From NCBI GenBank assembly GCA_049687855.1, contig JBAVJR010000182.1:1-33763 (forward strand): a stretch of 33,763 bases of DNA. The letters run 5' to 3'. The DNA comes from Steroidobacteraceae bacterium. Its GTDB lineage: Bacteria; Pseudomonadota; Gammaproteobacteria; Steroidobacterales; Steroidobacteraceae. Under the pieces are notes generated by a model. It ran no database searches. It was not told the DNA's origin and was given only the letters and a program-made list of their open reading frames with translations. Shown here piece by piece: positions 17,099-25,754 of this stretch. A program made the position numbers and the translations under genes. The stretch's first letter is position 1. Each line of letters starts with the position of its first letter.

Positions 17099-19792
17099 TC
17101 AGCTTTCGACGGCCTGCGTTTCCTTCGGCGGCACCGGCGAGAAATAGCCGATGGCGAGCAGCAGCACGCCGACGCCGAGAAATGCCACGATCCGGCCGAG
17201 GCCGCGCAGTTGCGACAGGTCGAAGAGGAACAGCTTCAGCACCACCACCCCGAGCAGCAGCGCACCGGCGAGCCAGGCGAGGCGCTGCGCGCGCCGTGCC
17301 GCCTGGAACATGACCGTCACCGCCAGGACCGACCAGAACACGGTCAGGGCGGTCTGGACGATCTGCGAATGCCACGTGGCTGGCGTGGCGAACGGCGTGC
17401 CCACCCAGTGGTGCAGCGCTCGCAGGAGCATGGCATTGGCCAGAACGAATCCCGTCAGGCCGAGCGCCACGGCGGCGCGGAACGACGCATCGGGCAGGGT
17501 GGACGCGAGTCCCGCGGCCAGCGCGGCCTTGTGCCATCGCCATAGCGTCCACAGCACGAACAGGCTCGCCAGCTCGAGCGGGTTCAGGATCGGCAAATAC
17601 AGCGGCAGTGCTGTGCTGCCGTCGCTGACGGCATTGGCGAGGAGCACGCCGAGCCACAGGGTGCCGACCAGCAGCGGCGCCGTGATCCGCAGGTGCATAC
17701 GGCCGTGGATGCCGAGCGGCCAACGCGACGTCGCCGACTGTTCGGTCAGCAGGAGCAGCACCGACGCCGGAACCAGCAGGCTCACGACGATCCGCCACGT
17801 GGCGGCGTCCGCGAACACTCGAGCGACGGCCCAGCGCGCCTCGATCGTCGCCAGCAACGTCACGAGGCCGACCGCGCCGGCATGCAGCCCCGGGGCGAGC
17901 CGGCGCATCAGCGCGCTGTCGTCTTCGTGTCGGTGCAGGAACCAGAGCAGCACTGCGAACGCTGCGGGCCACGCCACCGCGCCGCCACCAGCGGCGGGGT
18001 GTGCGAGTCCGTAGATTGCCAACTGCACGAACGCCAGCACGCAGAGTGCAGGCAGCAACAGCACAGGTGGGACTTGCGCGATTTCCCAGTCGAGCGCCCT
18101 GCGCAACTGCATCGATGCGGCCGCCGTCACTGCCGCCAGGCCGACCAGGGCCGCCGGGACATACGAATGCGGCGCGAAGTCATCGATCTCGTGGGCACCG
18201 CCTGCGACGAGGTAGGCGCAACCCAGCAGGTAGAGACCGTCGGACAGGTATTGCGCCAGACCCCTGTCCTGGATGGGCGCGAGTTGGCGTGCCGTGAATC
18301 CTGCCGCGAGCCCGAGCAGCAGGAACCCGAGACAGGTGCTGTTCAACAACGGCATCCGGGCTGGCGGCTCTTGCCAGTGCCAGAAGAACGCAATGGCCGC
18401 GAGACCCTGCAGCGCCACGCCAAACCATTGGGCCGGCCGCTGCCGTTGCCGCGTCGCGACCCATACGATCGCCGCTCCCTCGATGGCCCACAGTGCGGAG
18501 GTCGCCCGTGCATCGAAGTAGAGCGGGATCGCGAGCGTGCCGAAGCAGACGCCGATGGCCAGGAACGCGTCTGACAGCAAACGCATGCTCGGGTGCACGC
18601 TGCGCTGGCGCAGCGCGACAGCCAGGCCGAGGTAGATTGCAGCGAACAGAACCGCAGCCCCGGCCAGGCCGTTCTCCATGTCCTGCAGCAACGGCGCCAG
18701 CAGGCCGAACACCACCAGCGGCGTGCCGAAGACGATCGTGCCGTCGACGTAGTGCTGCAGTTCGATGGAACGGTGGCGCGCATAGAGCATGGCGATGCCG
18801 AGGTACTGGACGAAGAACGCGAGCAGGAACGGCCCCGTGCTCCAGAGGTGCTCGGGGCGGTAGGCGCTTGTGACCCACAGCAGTTGCAGCAGGAACGTGA
18901 ACGCGAACCCCAGCAGGTTGAGTGGTCGCCAAGTCTTCGCGAACGCCAGACCGAGCACTCCGAGGTTGAGCACGACGAAGTAGCCGAGCAGCAGCTGGAG
19001 GTTGCCGCTGCCGGTGGAAGCGAGAATGGGTGCTAGAAAACCGCCGGTCGTGCCGAGCATGGCGAGAGCGAGCGAGTCCTGCCGTACGGCGAGTGCGCCG
19101 GACACGGCGACGATCGCCAGCATCAGCGCGAAGGCCACGGTGGGCGGCAGCAGCCCGTACAGGCGGAACGCCGCGTAGATCGTAATGTAGAAGATGCCGA
19201 TGCCGCCGCCCTGCAGCGACAGCGCATAGCCCGGGCGACGCTCACGCAACCGCCAGCCGAGCAGCACCAGGCCGAGGCCGCCGAGGGCGGCACCGCCGAG
19301 GCGGGCTTCGATCGGGAACGTGTAGCGCTCCGCGACGAACTTCAGCAGGAACGCCACGCCGAAGAACAGGACGATCACGCCCGTGCGCACGAGCGTGTTG
19401 CCGCCCATGAACCACTGCAGCCAATGGGGCGAGCGGGTTGCGATGGACGGCGCCGGTGCGGGTGGCCACGGGCGGGCAGCCGGCGCCTCGGCCGCAGGCA
19501 CTGCCTTGCGGGTAATCGCGTTGGCCGCTGCCGCAGGTTCATCGATCGCAGCCGGCGTTGCCTGCGGCACGGGAACGGCGACGGGTTCCACGGGCGTCGT
19601 TGCGGCGGCCCCAGGCGCGGCAGCACGGGAGGCGAGCGCCTTGCGTTCGAGTTCGTGGACGCGAACCAGCAGTTGGCCGACTACCTGCTGCAGGTGCTGC
19701 AGCTGCTCGAAGGATTCGCGCTTCCACGCGCGCTCACGGTTGTACAGCGCGAAGAGCCCCGCGATCACGGCCAGCAGCAAGATCGACCCCAT
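17099..19792 (-). CDS. DUF2339-type large polytopic membrane protein, function unknown
   Basis: 897 aa with a strong RBS (AAGGAGG). Layout: N-terminal TM, coiled-coil-like segment (FEQLQHLQQVVGQLLVRVHELERK), Ala/Pro-rich linker, then more than 20 hydrophobic segments. The overall layout matches my recollection of DUF2339. Confidence 0.75.
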   Translation of the reverse strand: MGSILLLAVIAGLFALYNRERAWKRESFEQLQHLQQVVGQLLVRVHELERKALASRAAAPGAAATTPVEPVAVPVPQATPAAIDEPAAAANAITRKAVPAAEAPAARPWPPAPAPSIATRSPHWLQWFMGGNTLVRTGVIVLFFGVAFLLKFVAERYTFPIEARLGGAALGGLGLVLLGWRLRERRPGYALSLQGGGIGIFYITIYAAFRLYGLLPPTVAFALMLAIVAVSGALAVRQDSLALAMLGTTGGFLAPILASTGSGNLQLLLGYFVVLNLGVLGLAFAKTWRPLNLLGFAFTFLLQLLWVTSAYRPEHLWSTGPFLLAFFVQYLGIAMLYARHRSIELQHYVDGTIVFGTPLVVFGLLAPLLQDMENGLAGAAVLFAAIYLGLAVALRQRSVHPSMRLLSDAFLAIGVCFGTLAIPLYFDARATSALWAIEGAAIVWVATRQRQRPAQWFGVALQGLAAIAFFWHWQEPPARMPLLNSTCLGFLLLGLAAGFTARQLAPIQDRGLAQYLSDGLYLLGCAYLVAGGAHEIDDFAPHSYVPAALVGLAAVTAAASMQLRRALDWEIAQVPPVLLLPALCVLAFVQLAIYGLAHPAAGGGAVAWPAAFAVLLWFLHRHEDDSALMRRLAPGLHAGAVGLVTLLATIEARWAVARVFADAATWRIVVSLLVPASVLLLLTEQSATSRWPLGIHGRMHLRITAPLLVGTLWLGVLLANAVSDGSTALPLYLPILNPLELASLFVLWTLWRWHKAALAAGLASTLPDASFRAAVALGLTGFVLANAMLLRALHHWVGTPFATPATWHSQIVQTALTVFWSVLAVTVMFQAARRAQRLAWLAGALLLGVVVLKLFLFDLSQLRGLGRIVAFLGVGVLLLAIGYFSPVPPKETQAVES

Positions 19793-19867
19793 GACTGCCT
19801 CCTTGGTCTGCGCGGGCCATGGCTGGCGCGACTCGAAAAGCCCGGCCTTGCCGCGCGCCCCTGGACC

Positions 19868-21379
19868 TCAACCCCTGAGCAGAGCCCGCGCCGCATTGCG
19901 GCCCGGCGTGCCGCTGATGCCGCCACCGCCGTGCAGGCCCGAGCCGCAGAGATGCAGGCCGTCGATCGGCGTGCGGTGATTCGACCAGCCCGGCAGCGGC
20001 CGCATGAAGAAGATCTGGTCGAGGATCAGCTGGCCGTGATTGAGATCGCCTTCCGTCAGGCCCCAGGACTGCTCGAGATCGAGCGGCGTGACGGACTGCA
20101 CCGACTGCAGCGAGTCGCGGAATGAGGGGAAGTGCAGCGCGAGCGTGTCGAGCGCACGCCGCTCGAGCTCGGGGCGCATCGTGCTCCAGTCGGCGTTGCG
20201 CAGGGCATAGGTTGCGAACTGGAAGTGGATCGCCACGTCGGTGCCTGACGTCGTCACTTCGAGGTAGGGGTGTTGCGACACCTCGCCGTACTTGGTCGAG
20301 TCGTAGGCACGCTCGAGGTACTTGAGTGTCGGCGCGATCGCGACCGTGCCCGCGGGCAGGCCATGGCGCCCGTCCGTCCTCACGAACAGCTTCGCCACCG
20401 AACCGCGCATGCGGATCGACTGCGTCTGCCACACGAACTCGGGCGGCAGTTCAGGCGCGCCCACCAGTCCGAGCAGCGTGCGGCGTGGATCAGCCGACGA
20501 CACGACCGCAGCTGCCTTGATCTCTTCACCGGTCGCGAGCCGCACGCCGAGGACACGCTGATGCTCGACGAGGATCTGCACGACCTTCGCGCCCGTGCGG
20601 ATCTCGCCGCCGTTGGCCTGCACGGCTTGCGCCAGCGCATCCGCCAGTCCCTGCGGTCCACCGGCGACCGTTCGATGCGCGAGACCGCCGCGGTTCAGCC
20701 AGTTGTGGATCAGGGTGAACCCTGTGCCCGCCGACATCGCGCCCAGTGTCACGCCGTGGATGGCAACGCCGGCGATGGCTGCATTGAGCGGCTCGGATTC
20801 GAACCATTCGTCAGTGAACTCGGCGGCCGACATCGACAGACTGCGCATCACTCGGAACATGTCCTTGCCACCCATGCGCCGCAGCTTCAGTGCGAGCGAG
20901 GCCAGCGGCACGCCGTCCGAGCGCAGTTCGATCCGCGGCAGGCGCGGCATCGTCGTCGCATACGCGGCGTCGAGGAACGCCGCGGCGCGATCCATGAACC
21001 CGACGAACTCAGGCCAGCGTTCGGCATCGCGCGGCGAGAGCCGGCGGATGGCGTCGATAGTCGACGCATCATGCGCACTGGACACCACTCGCAGCGAACC
21101 GCCATCCGGCAGCGCCGCGACGTAGGCCGCATCGGCGGCACTCGCCGCGAGGCCGTGCCGCGCGAGGCCGAGTTCCTTGACGATCGCAGGGCGCAGCTGG
21201 CCCGACGGATACAGGCCCGGCACGACGGTGCCCGACGCGAGCGTGGCACCCGCAAGCTGGCCGCCCGTCATCGCGCGTTGTTCCAGAACAAGTACTTTCC
21301 TGCCAGCCTGTGCGAGGTAGGCAGCAGCGACCAGGCCGTTGTGGCCCGCGCCGACGATCAGGATGTCGGGGTTCGTCAT
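19868..21379 (-). CDS. NAD(P)/FAD-dependent oxidoreductase, phytoene-desaturase (CrtI)/amine-oxidase-like
   Basis: N-terminal dinucleotide fold DILIVGAGHNGLVAAAYLAQAGRKVLVLEQ. C-terminal FAD motif LHLCGSGLHGGGGISGTPGRNAA. Paralogous to the upstream gene. Confidence 0.85.
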   Translation of the reverse strand: MTNPDILIVGAGHNGLVAAAYLAQAGRKVLVLEQRAMTGGQLAGATLASGTVVPGLYPSGQLRPAIVKELGLARHGLAASAADAAYVAALPDGGSLRVVSSAHDASTIDAIRRLSPRDAERWPEFVGFMDRAAAFLDAAYATTMPRLPRIELRSDGVPLASLALKLRRMGGKDMFRVMRSLSMSAAEFTDEWFESEPLNAAIAGVAIHGVTLGAMSAGTGFTLIHNWLNRGGLAHRTVAGGPQGLADALAQAVQANGGEIRTGAKVVQILVEHQRVLGVRLATGEEIKAAAVVSSADPRRTLLGLVGAPELPPEFVWQTQSIRMRGSVAKLFVRTDGRHGLPAGTVAIAPTLKYLERAYDSTKYGEVSQHPYLEVTTSGTDVAIHFQFATYALRNADWSTMRPELERRALDTLALHFPSFRDSLQSVQSVTPLDLEQSWGLTEGDLNHGQLILDQIFFMRPLPGWSNHRTPIDGLHLCGSGLHGGGGISGTPGRNAARALLRG

Positions 21380-21386
21380 CTTGCGC

Positions 21387-22970
21387 CTACTGCCAATCCT
21401 TGAGGATCTCGGTCGCGGCCATCTTGCCAGCCGCGCCCATCACACCGCCGCCCGGATGCGCGCCCGCAGCACCGAAGTAGTATCCCGGCAGCGGCGTGCG
21501 GAAATCGGCCCATTGCGGGGCCGGACGCATGAAGAACAGCTGATGCAGCAGCAGCTCGCCGTGGAAGATGTTGCCACCGGTGATGCCGGCGATGCGCTCG
21601 ATGTCATGCGGCGTGATCACCTGCTTGCCGACGATCACCTTGCGGATGTTCGGCGCGTACTTCTCGATGGTCGCAATCACCGTCTCGCCGAACGCTTCTT
21701 TCCTGGCATCGTCCCAGCCGCCCGCGACGTCGTACGGTGCGTATTGCACGAAGCACGACATCACGTGGTGTCCCGGCGGCGCCATGTCGCGGTCGATCAT
21801 CGACGGAATGATGATGTCCATGTAAGGCTGCCGCGAGAAGTTGCCGTACTTGGCGTCGTCGTAGGCGCGCTCGACGTACTCGATGCTGGGGCTGATCGAA
21901 ATTGCGCCACGGTGCAGCGGTCCTTCGCCGGGCAGGCACGTGAAGTCCGGCAGCCCGGAGAGCGCGATGTTGACCTTGCCCGACGACCCGCGCACGCGGA
22001 AGTTGCGGATCGCCCGCACGAACTCGTCCGGAAAATGCTGCTGGTCGACGAACTGCAGGAAGCTGCGCTTGGGATCGGCGGCCGACATCACGACCCTGGC
22101 CGCGAGTTCGTCGCCGTTCGCGAGCGCGACGCCCGCCGCACGGCCGCCGCGGACGATCACCTTGTCCACGGCCGCGCTGGTGCGGATCTCGACGCCGAGC
22201 GCGCGAGCGGAGGACGCGATCGCCGCCGTCACGCCGCCGGTGCCGTTCTTGGCGAAACCCCAGGCGCGGAAGGCGCCGTCGATCTCACCCATGTAATGGT
22301 GCAGCAGCACGTACGCCGTGCCCGGTGAACGCGGGCCCAGGTACGTGCCGATGATGCCGCTCGCAGCCTTGGTGCCCTTGAGCGGGTCGAGCTCGAACCA
22401 TTCCTCGAGCAGGTCGGCGGACGATTGCGTCACGAGCTTCGCGATGCGGTAGATCTCGCGCTCGCTCAGGCTGCGGGCGTATTGCCCGAGCTTGAGCAGG
22501 CCCTTCAGGTCGCGCCAGCTCAGCGACGACGGATCCGGCGGCACCAGGCCGATGATCGGCTTGATGGCCTTGGCGGCGCGCGCCATGACGCGCGAATACT
22601 CGTCGTAGGCCTCGGCGTCCCTGGGCGAATGCCGATAGATCTCCCGCCGGGTCAGGTCGTGATCGTCCCAGCCCGCGAGGTAGTCGCCGTTGTCGAGCGG
22701 CGTGACCGTGCTCGGCAGCGGCAGGATCTTGAGCCCGTGCCGCGGCAGCTCGAGATCGCGGATGATCTCGGGCCGCAGCAGGCTCACCACGTAGGAGAAC
22801 TCGCTGAAGCGGTAGCCCGGGAAGATTTCCTCGGTGACGGCTGCACCGCCCACGATCTCACGGCGCTCGAGGACGACCACCTTCTTGCCGGCCCGCGCGA
22901 GGTACGCGGCCGCGATCATGCCGTTGTGGCCGGCGCCGATGACGATTGCGTCGTACGTGTTGCTGGCCAC
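21387..22970 (-). CDS. NAD(P)/FAD-dependent oxidoreductase, phytoene-desaturase (CrtI)/amine-oxidase-like (paralog)
   Basis: The GTG start at 22970 lies 2 nt after the upstream TAG stop. DAIVIGAGHNGMIAAAYLARAGKKVVVLERRE. C-terminal YFGAAGAHPGGGVMGAAGKMAA. The tracked extension to 23294 overlaps the GcvT-like gene. Confidence 0.85.
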   Translation of the reverse strand: MASNTYDAIVIGAGHNGMIAAAYLARAGKKVVVLERREIVGGAAVTEEIFPGYRFSEFSYVVSLLRPEIIRDLELPRHGLKILPLPSTVTPLDNGDYLAGWDDHDLTRREIYRHSPRDAEAYDEYSRVMARAAKAIKPIIGLVPPDPSSLSWRDLKGLLKLGQYARSLSEREIYRIAKLVTQSSADLLEEWFELDPLKGTKAASGIIGTYLGPRSPGTAYVLLHHYMGEIDGAFRAWGFAKNGTGGVTAAIASSARALGVEIRTSAAVDKVIVRGGRAAGVALANGDELAARVVMSAADPKRSFLQFVDQQHFPDEFVRAIRNFRVRGSSGKVNIALSGLPDFTCLPGEGPLHRGAISISPSIEYVERAYDDAKYGNFSRQPYMDIIIPSMIDRDMAPPGHHVMSCFVQYAPYDVAGGWDDARKEAFGETVIATIEKYAPNIRKVIVGKQVITPHDIERIAGITGGNIFHGELLLHQLFFMRPAPQWADFRTPLPGYYFGAAGAHPGGGVMGAAGKMAATEILKDWQ

Positions 22971-22972
22971 GG

Positions 22973-24199
22973 CTATTTCTTCTTCCACTCGGGGTCGTAG
23001 AACGGCAGCGCGACGACCGTCGCCGGCGACTTGCGGCGGTGGTGTTCCACCGTGACTTCGATCTCGACCTTCGTGCCCGGTGCATGGAACGGCTGCTGCA
23101 GGTGCACCAGCGCGATGTACTTCTTCAGCACCGGTGACCAGGTGCTGGTCGAGGCATAGCCAACCTGCCGTGGTCCGGTGTAGATGGGGATGCTGCCGCG
23201 GACGGCCGACGCCGGGATCTGCGGGGGCATGCCGACCGCGGCGTATTCGCGCTCGAGCCCTTCCCAGTCGATCTCCAGGCCGACCATCCTCCACGACGAG
23301 CCTTCGCGGTGCTCGCGCTCCAGCGCGCGACGACCGACGAAGTAACCGTGCTTGTCCAGGTTCACGGTCCAGCCGAGGCCCATTTCATAGGGCGAAGAGC
23401 GCTGGCCCGCAATCCACGCATGGCTCGCGGGGGTGTAGTCGACGTCCAGCATGAAGAGGCCCGCTTCGACGCGCGCCATGTCCATCGCGAGGATGCCGGT
23501 GGGCGTGATGCCGTAATCGTGACCCGCGGCCATCAGCGCGTCCCAGATCACGAGCGCATCCGCAGCGTCCATCCAGATCTCGTAACCGAGATCGCCCGTG
23601 TAACCCGTGCGCGAGACCGAGACCGCCTTGCCGGCGATGCGGTTGAAAGCCATGCGGAAATACTTGAGCGAATCGACCGGCTGCTCGCACGCGAGGTTCA
23701 GGATGGTGCGCGACTTCGGCCCCTGCAGGCTGAGTGCGGCCATCTGCTCGGTCAGTTCGGTGACCTGCACCTGCATGCCGACAGCGTTCATCGCGAGCCA
23801 GCGGAACTGCGGTTCGGCCGCGGTGAGCCGGAAGCTCTGCTCGCCGATCCGCGTGACGGTGCCGTCATCGAGCAGCTTGCCGTCGTCGTCGCACCAGCCG
23901 GTGTAGTAGACCTGCCCGACCTGCATCCTGTGGATGTCACGCGGGGTCAGGCGGTGCAGCAGGCGCGCGGCATCGCGACCCGTGATCTCGTATTTGATCA
24001 GCGGCGAGATGTCGATCAACGCCGCGTGATTGCGGATCGCCCAGTACTCGCGGTCGAGACCGAGGTCGTAGGAGCCGACGGCGATGCAGCCGCCCCAGCG
24101 CCGCCAGTTGTGCGGCAGGCACAGCTGGGACGTGCGCGCGTGAAAAGGGGTCCTGCGCAGCTGGTACAGCGGATGGTGAACGGTGGAAATCTCAGGCAC
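22973..24199 (-). CDS. Aminomethyltransferase (GcvT) family protein, folate-dependent
   Basis: 408 aa with a GTG start at 24199 preceded by GGGAGCG. GcvT-family features: EYWAIRNHAALIDISPLIKYEITGRDAARLL, DDGTV, SLQGPKSR, SRTGYTGDLGYEIW, and a C-terminal barrel. Confidence 0.82.
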   Translation of the reverse strand: MPEISTVHHPLYQLRRTPFHARTSQLCLPHNWRRWGGCIAVGSYDLGLDREYWAIRNHAALIDISPLIKYEITGRDAARLLHRLTPRDIHRMQVGQVYYTGWCDDDGKLLDDGTVTRIGEQSFRLTAAEPQFRWLAMNAVGMQVQVTELTEQMAALSLQGPKSRTILNLACEQPVDSLKYFRMAFNRIAGKAVSVSRTGYTGDLGYEIWMDAADALVIWDALMAAGHDYGITPTGILAMDMARVEAGLFMLDVDYTPASHAWIAGQRSSPYEMGLGWTVNLDKHGYFVGRRALEREHREGSSWRMVGLEIDWEGLEREYAAVGMPPQIPASAVRGSIPIYTGPRQVGYASTSTWSPVLKKYIALVHLQQPFHAPGTKVEIEVTVEHHRRKSPATVVALPFYDPEWKKK

Positions 24200-24378
24200 G
24201 AGACGCTCCCGGCGCTCTCTGTTCCTGACGCAGGGGTTCCGGCGCCGACCCGGTCACTGTCGGAGCGAATCCGGGCCGGGCGCGACAATATGCCGCACTG
24301 GCTCGATTCGGGCCAGTCTTGCGCCTGGCGCGGGTCTAATGGCTGAGGTGGACGCCGACCGGTGCGGCCAGGCGGGGA

Positions 24379-25047
24379 TCAGCGGCGGTCGCGGATGTCG
24401 ATGAAGGTCAGGAACTCGTTGCGGGTCCGGGCATCGGACCGGAACGAACCCAGCATCTTCGAGGTGATCATCGACACGCCGCGCTTGTGGATGCCGCGCG
24501 TGGTCATGCATTCGTGGGCGGCCTCGATCACCACGCCGACGCCCTGGGGCTGCAGCACGTCGTTGATGCAGCGGGCGATCTCGGCCGTCATCTTTTCCTG
24601 CACCTGGAAACGACGGGCAAAGACGTCCACGACGCGCGCCAGCTTGCTGATGCCCACGACCTTGCCCGTGGGCAGGTAACCCACGTGGGCCCGGCCGATG
24701 ATCGGCGCCATGTGGTGCTCGCAGTGCGATTCGAACTCGATGTCGCGCAGCACGACCATTTCGTCGTAACCCGCGGTTTCCTCGAACGTGCGGCGCAGGT
24801 AGTCCTTCGGGTCGATGCCGTAGCCCGAAAACCAGTCGGTGTAGGCATCGACGACGCGCTGCGGAGTATCGAGCAGGCCTTCGCGGGCGGGATCCTCGCC
24901 AGCCCAGCGCAGCAGCGTGCGCACGGCCTCTTCGGCCGAGTCCCGGCTGACGTTGTTGCGCCTCAGCAAGCGAGCTTCGCTTTTCGTGCCAGGGGTTGCC
25001 ATGCCCGACTTGTTTCGGCGGGGCTTCGATTTCGGATGCACGGCCAT
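24379..25047 (-). CDS. folE: GTP cyclohydrolase I (FolE type)
   Basis: The ATG at 25047 is preceded by [17 protein letters not shown], the diagnostic [40 protein letters not shown]. The tracked 5' extension overlaps the rhomboid gene. Confidence 0.92.
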   Translation of the reverse strand: MAVHPKSKPRRNKSGMATPGTKSEARLLRRNNVSRDSAEEAVRTLLRWAGEDPAREGLLDTPQRVVDAYTDWFSGYGIDPKDYLRRTFEETAGYDEMVVLRDIEFESHCEHHMAPIIGRAHVGYLPTGKVVGISKLARVVDVFARRFQVQEKMTAEIARCINDVLQPQGVGVVIEAAHECMTTRGIHKRGVSMITSKMLGSFRSDARTRNEFLTFIDIRDRR

Positions 25048-25049
25048 GG

Positions 25050-25673
25050 TCACTGTCCTCCTGATCGCGGCCGGGGCTGGCGGCGCCAGCGCAGCAGCAG
25101 CACGAAACCTGCCACCATGCCTCCCAGGTGCGCGAAATGCGCCACGCCCTGGCCCGACCCGGTGACTCCCAGATACAACTCGAGCAAGCCATAGAGCGTG
25201 ACGAACAGCCACGCCGGCATCGGAATCGGCGGGAACAGCAGCATGATGCGCCGCTGCGGGTAGGCCATGCCGAACGCCAGCAACAGGCCGAAAACGCCGC
25301 CGGAGGCACCCACCGTGGGGATGGGCTGCATCTCGACATTGCTGAGCACCAGCAGCTGCGCCAGCGCCGCGCCCACCACGCAGACGAGGTAGAACGTGAC
25401 ATAGCGCCGGCTGCCCAGCAGGCGCTCGACTTCGCTGCCGAACATGTACAGCGCGAACATGTTGAAGAACAGGTGGGTGAGGCTGCCGTGCAGGAAGCCG
25501 TACGTCAGCAACTGCCAGACCTGGAACGCGGGCGCGCCCGGGAACTGGGCCGATGCCGGCGGCCAGAGGGCGAACGGCCGCAACAGCAGGTCGCCAGTGA
25601 GGTACTGGACTGCGAAGATGGCGACGTTGATGAACAGCAGGACCCGCGTGGCGGGAGGCATCGAAGCACGCAT
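25050..25673 (-). CDS. Rhomboid-family intramembrane serine protease (GlpG-like core, 6 TM)
   Basis: [20 protein letters not shown] (HxxxN), [10 protein letters not shown] (catalytic Ser), [10 protein letters not shown] (catalytic His). The stop lies 2 nt before the folE start. Confidence 0.9.
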   Translation of the reverse strand: MRASMPPATRVLLFINVAIFAVQYLTGDLLLRPFALWPPASAQFPGAPAFQVWQLLTYGFLHGSLTHLFFNMFALYMFGSEVERLLGSRRYVTFYLVCVVGAALAQLLVLSNVEMQPIPTVGASGGVFGLLLAFGMAYPQRRIMLLFPPIPMPAWLFVTLYGLLELYLGVTGSGQGVAHFAHLGGMVAGFVLLLRWRRQPRPRSGGQ

Positions 25674-25754
25674 GGGTGCATCCTAGCCCAATCTAGTGGC
25701 GAGGATCGCCGGCGCCGTGTACGTTGCGCGGCGCTACGGAGAGACAAGCTCGAC

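Noticed and set aside
24241-24365. The direct repeat CGCCGACC(C)GGT (24242-24254 and 24352-24363) as a regulator binding-site pair.
   Set aside because: It is a short, imperfect, GC-rich word in a GC-rich genome, so chance occurrence is plausible. It is kept only as a note within the leader finding.
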